Origin: a virus
Taxonomy: Duplodnaviria; Caudoviricetes
Direction: 5' to 3' (one strand)
Length of the DNA: 64,000 nucleotides
IMG/VR virus record: IMGVR_UViG_3300011480_000001
Location: 1-64,000 of that record
Part shown: piece by piece, positions 63,898-64,000 of the stretch
How positions within the stretch are numbered: the stretch's first letter is position 1
How the letters are laid out: the number at the start of each line of letters is the position of its first letter
Notes under the pieces: model-generated
What the model was told of the DNA's origin: nothing
The model's database searches: none
Seen by the model: the letters and a program-made list of their open reading frames with translations, nothing else
Program-made: the position numbers and the translations under genes

Positions 63898-64000
63898 AGC
63901 AAAAATCCCCTAAAACCTTACCTGTTGAGTAGAATCTTAGGGGATTTTGGATAGCGTGTCAAGCCTTTTTACAGAGCTTTTCCTTCGACTTTTGGTGTTT

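Larger units (their letters stand above)
55828..63962 (-). promoter_or_regulatory. array of about 14 sigma70 early promoters
   Basis: -10/-35 spans: 55828-55856, 56732-56760, 57221-57248, 58008-58036, 58598-58626, 59626-59654, 60091-60118, 60326-60354, 60448-60477, 60775-60803, 61009-61037, 61604-61632, 62926-62954, 63934-63962. Confidence 0.8.

Noticed and set aside
1-64000. Integrase, repressor, reverse transcriptase/DGR or CRISPR system
   Set aside because: No matching motifs or repeat-spacer arrays seen; the 65-bp repeat pair has no reverse transcriptase nearby.

Overview
This is a 64 kb segment of a lytic, contractile-tailed (myovirus) phage genome. Gene content and order resemble the PAK_P1/phiPsa374-type Pseudomonas myophages; host and taxonomy are inferred, not shown. 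(1) 1-7244 (+): nucleotide and RNA metabolism (dUTPase end, thyX, nrdB, nrdA, Pth2-like protein, Rnl2-type RNA ligase). (2) 7341-38446 (-): late block with lysis cassette, two receptor-binding proteins, baseplate, tape measure, tail, head, portal and terminase, three free-standing endonuclease genes and a 451-aa family-A-polymerase-like protein. (3) 38737-55158 (+): many small genes plus phoH, a ClpP-like protease, dCMP deaminase and two more HNH genes. (4) 55587-63897 (-): small genes, most with their own sigma70 promoter (host-takeover-like region). Main points the ORF track does not show: a 241-nt ORF-less group I intron splits the terL Walker A motif; an RNA-rich locus at 33204-36059 holds three non-canonical tRNA or tRNA-like genes (one without a D-arm), several large structured RNAs, and three hairpins whose loops are anti-Shine-Dalgarno sequences matching the phage's own early/middle RBSs; a stand-alone copy of a baseplate-J domain with an in-frame TGA lies in the middle region; and a consensus CsrA/RsmA site sits in the endolysin leader. 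All folds and alignments were done by eye and no database search was run.
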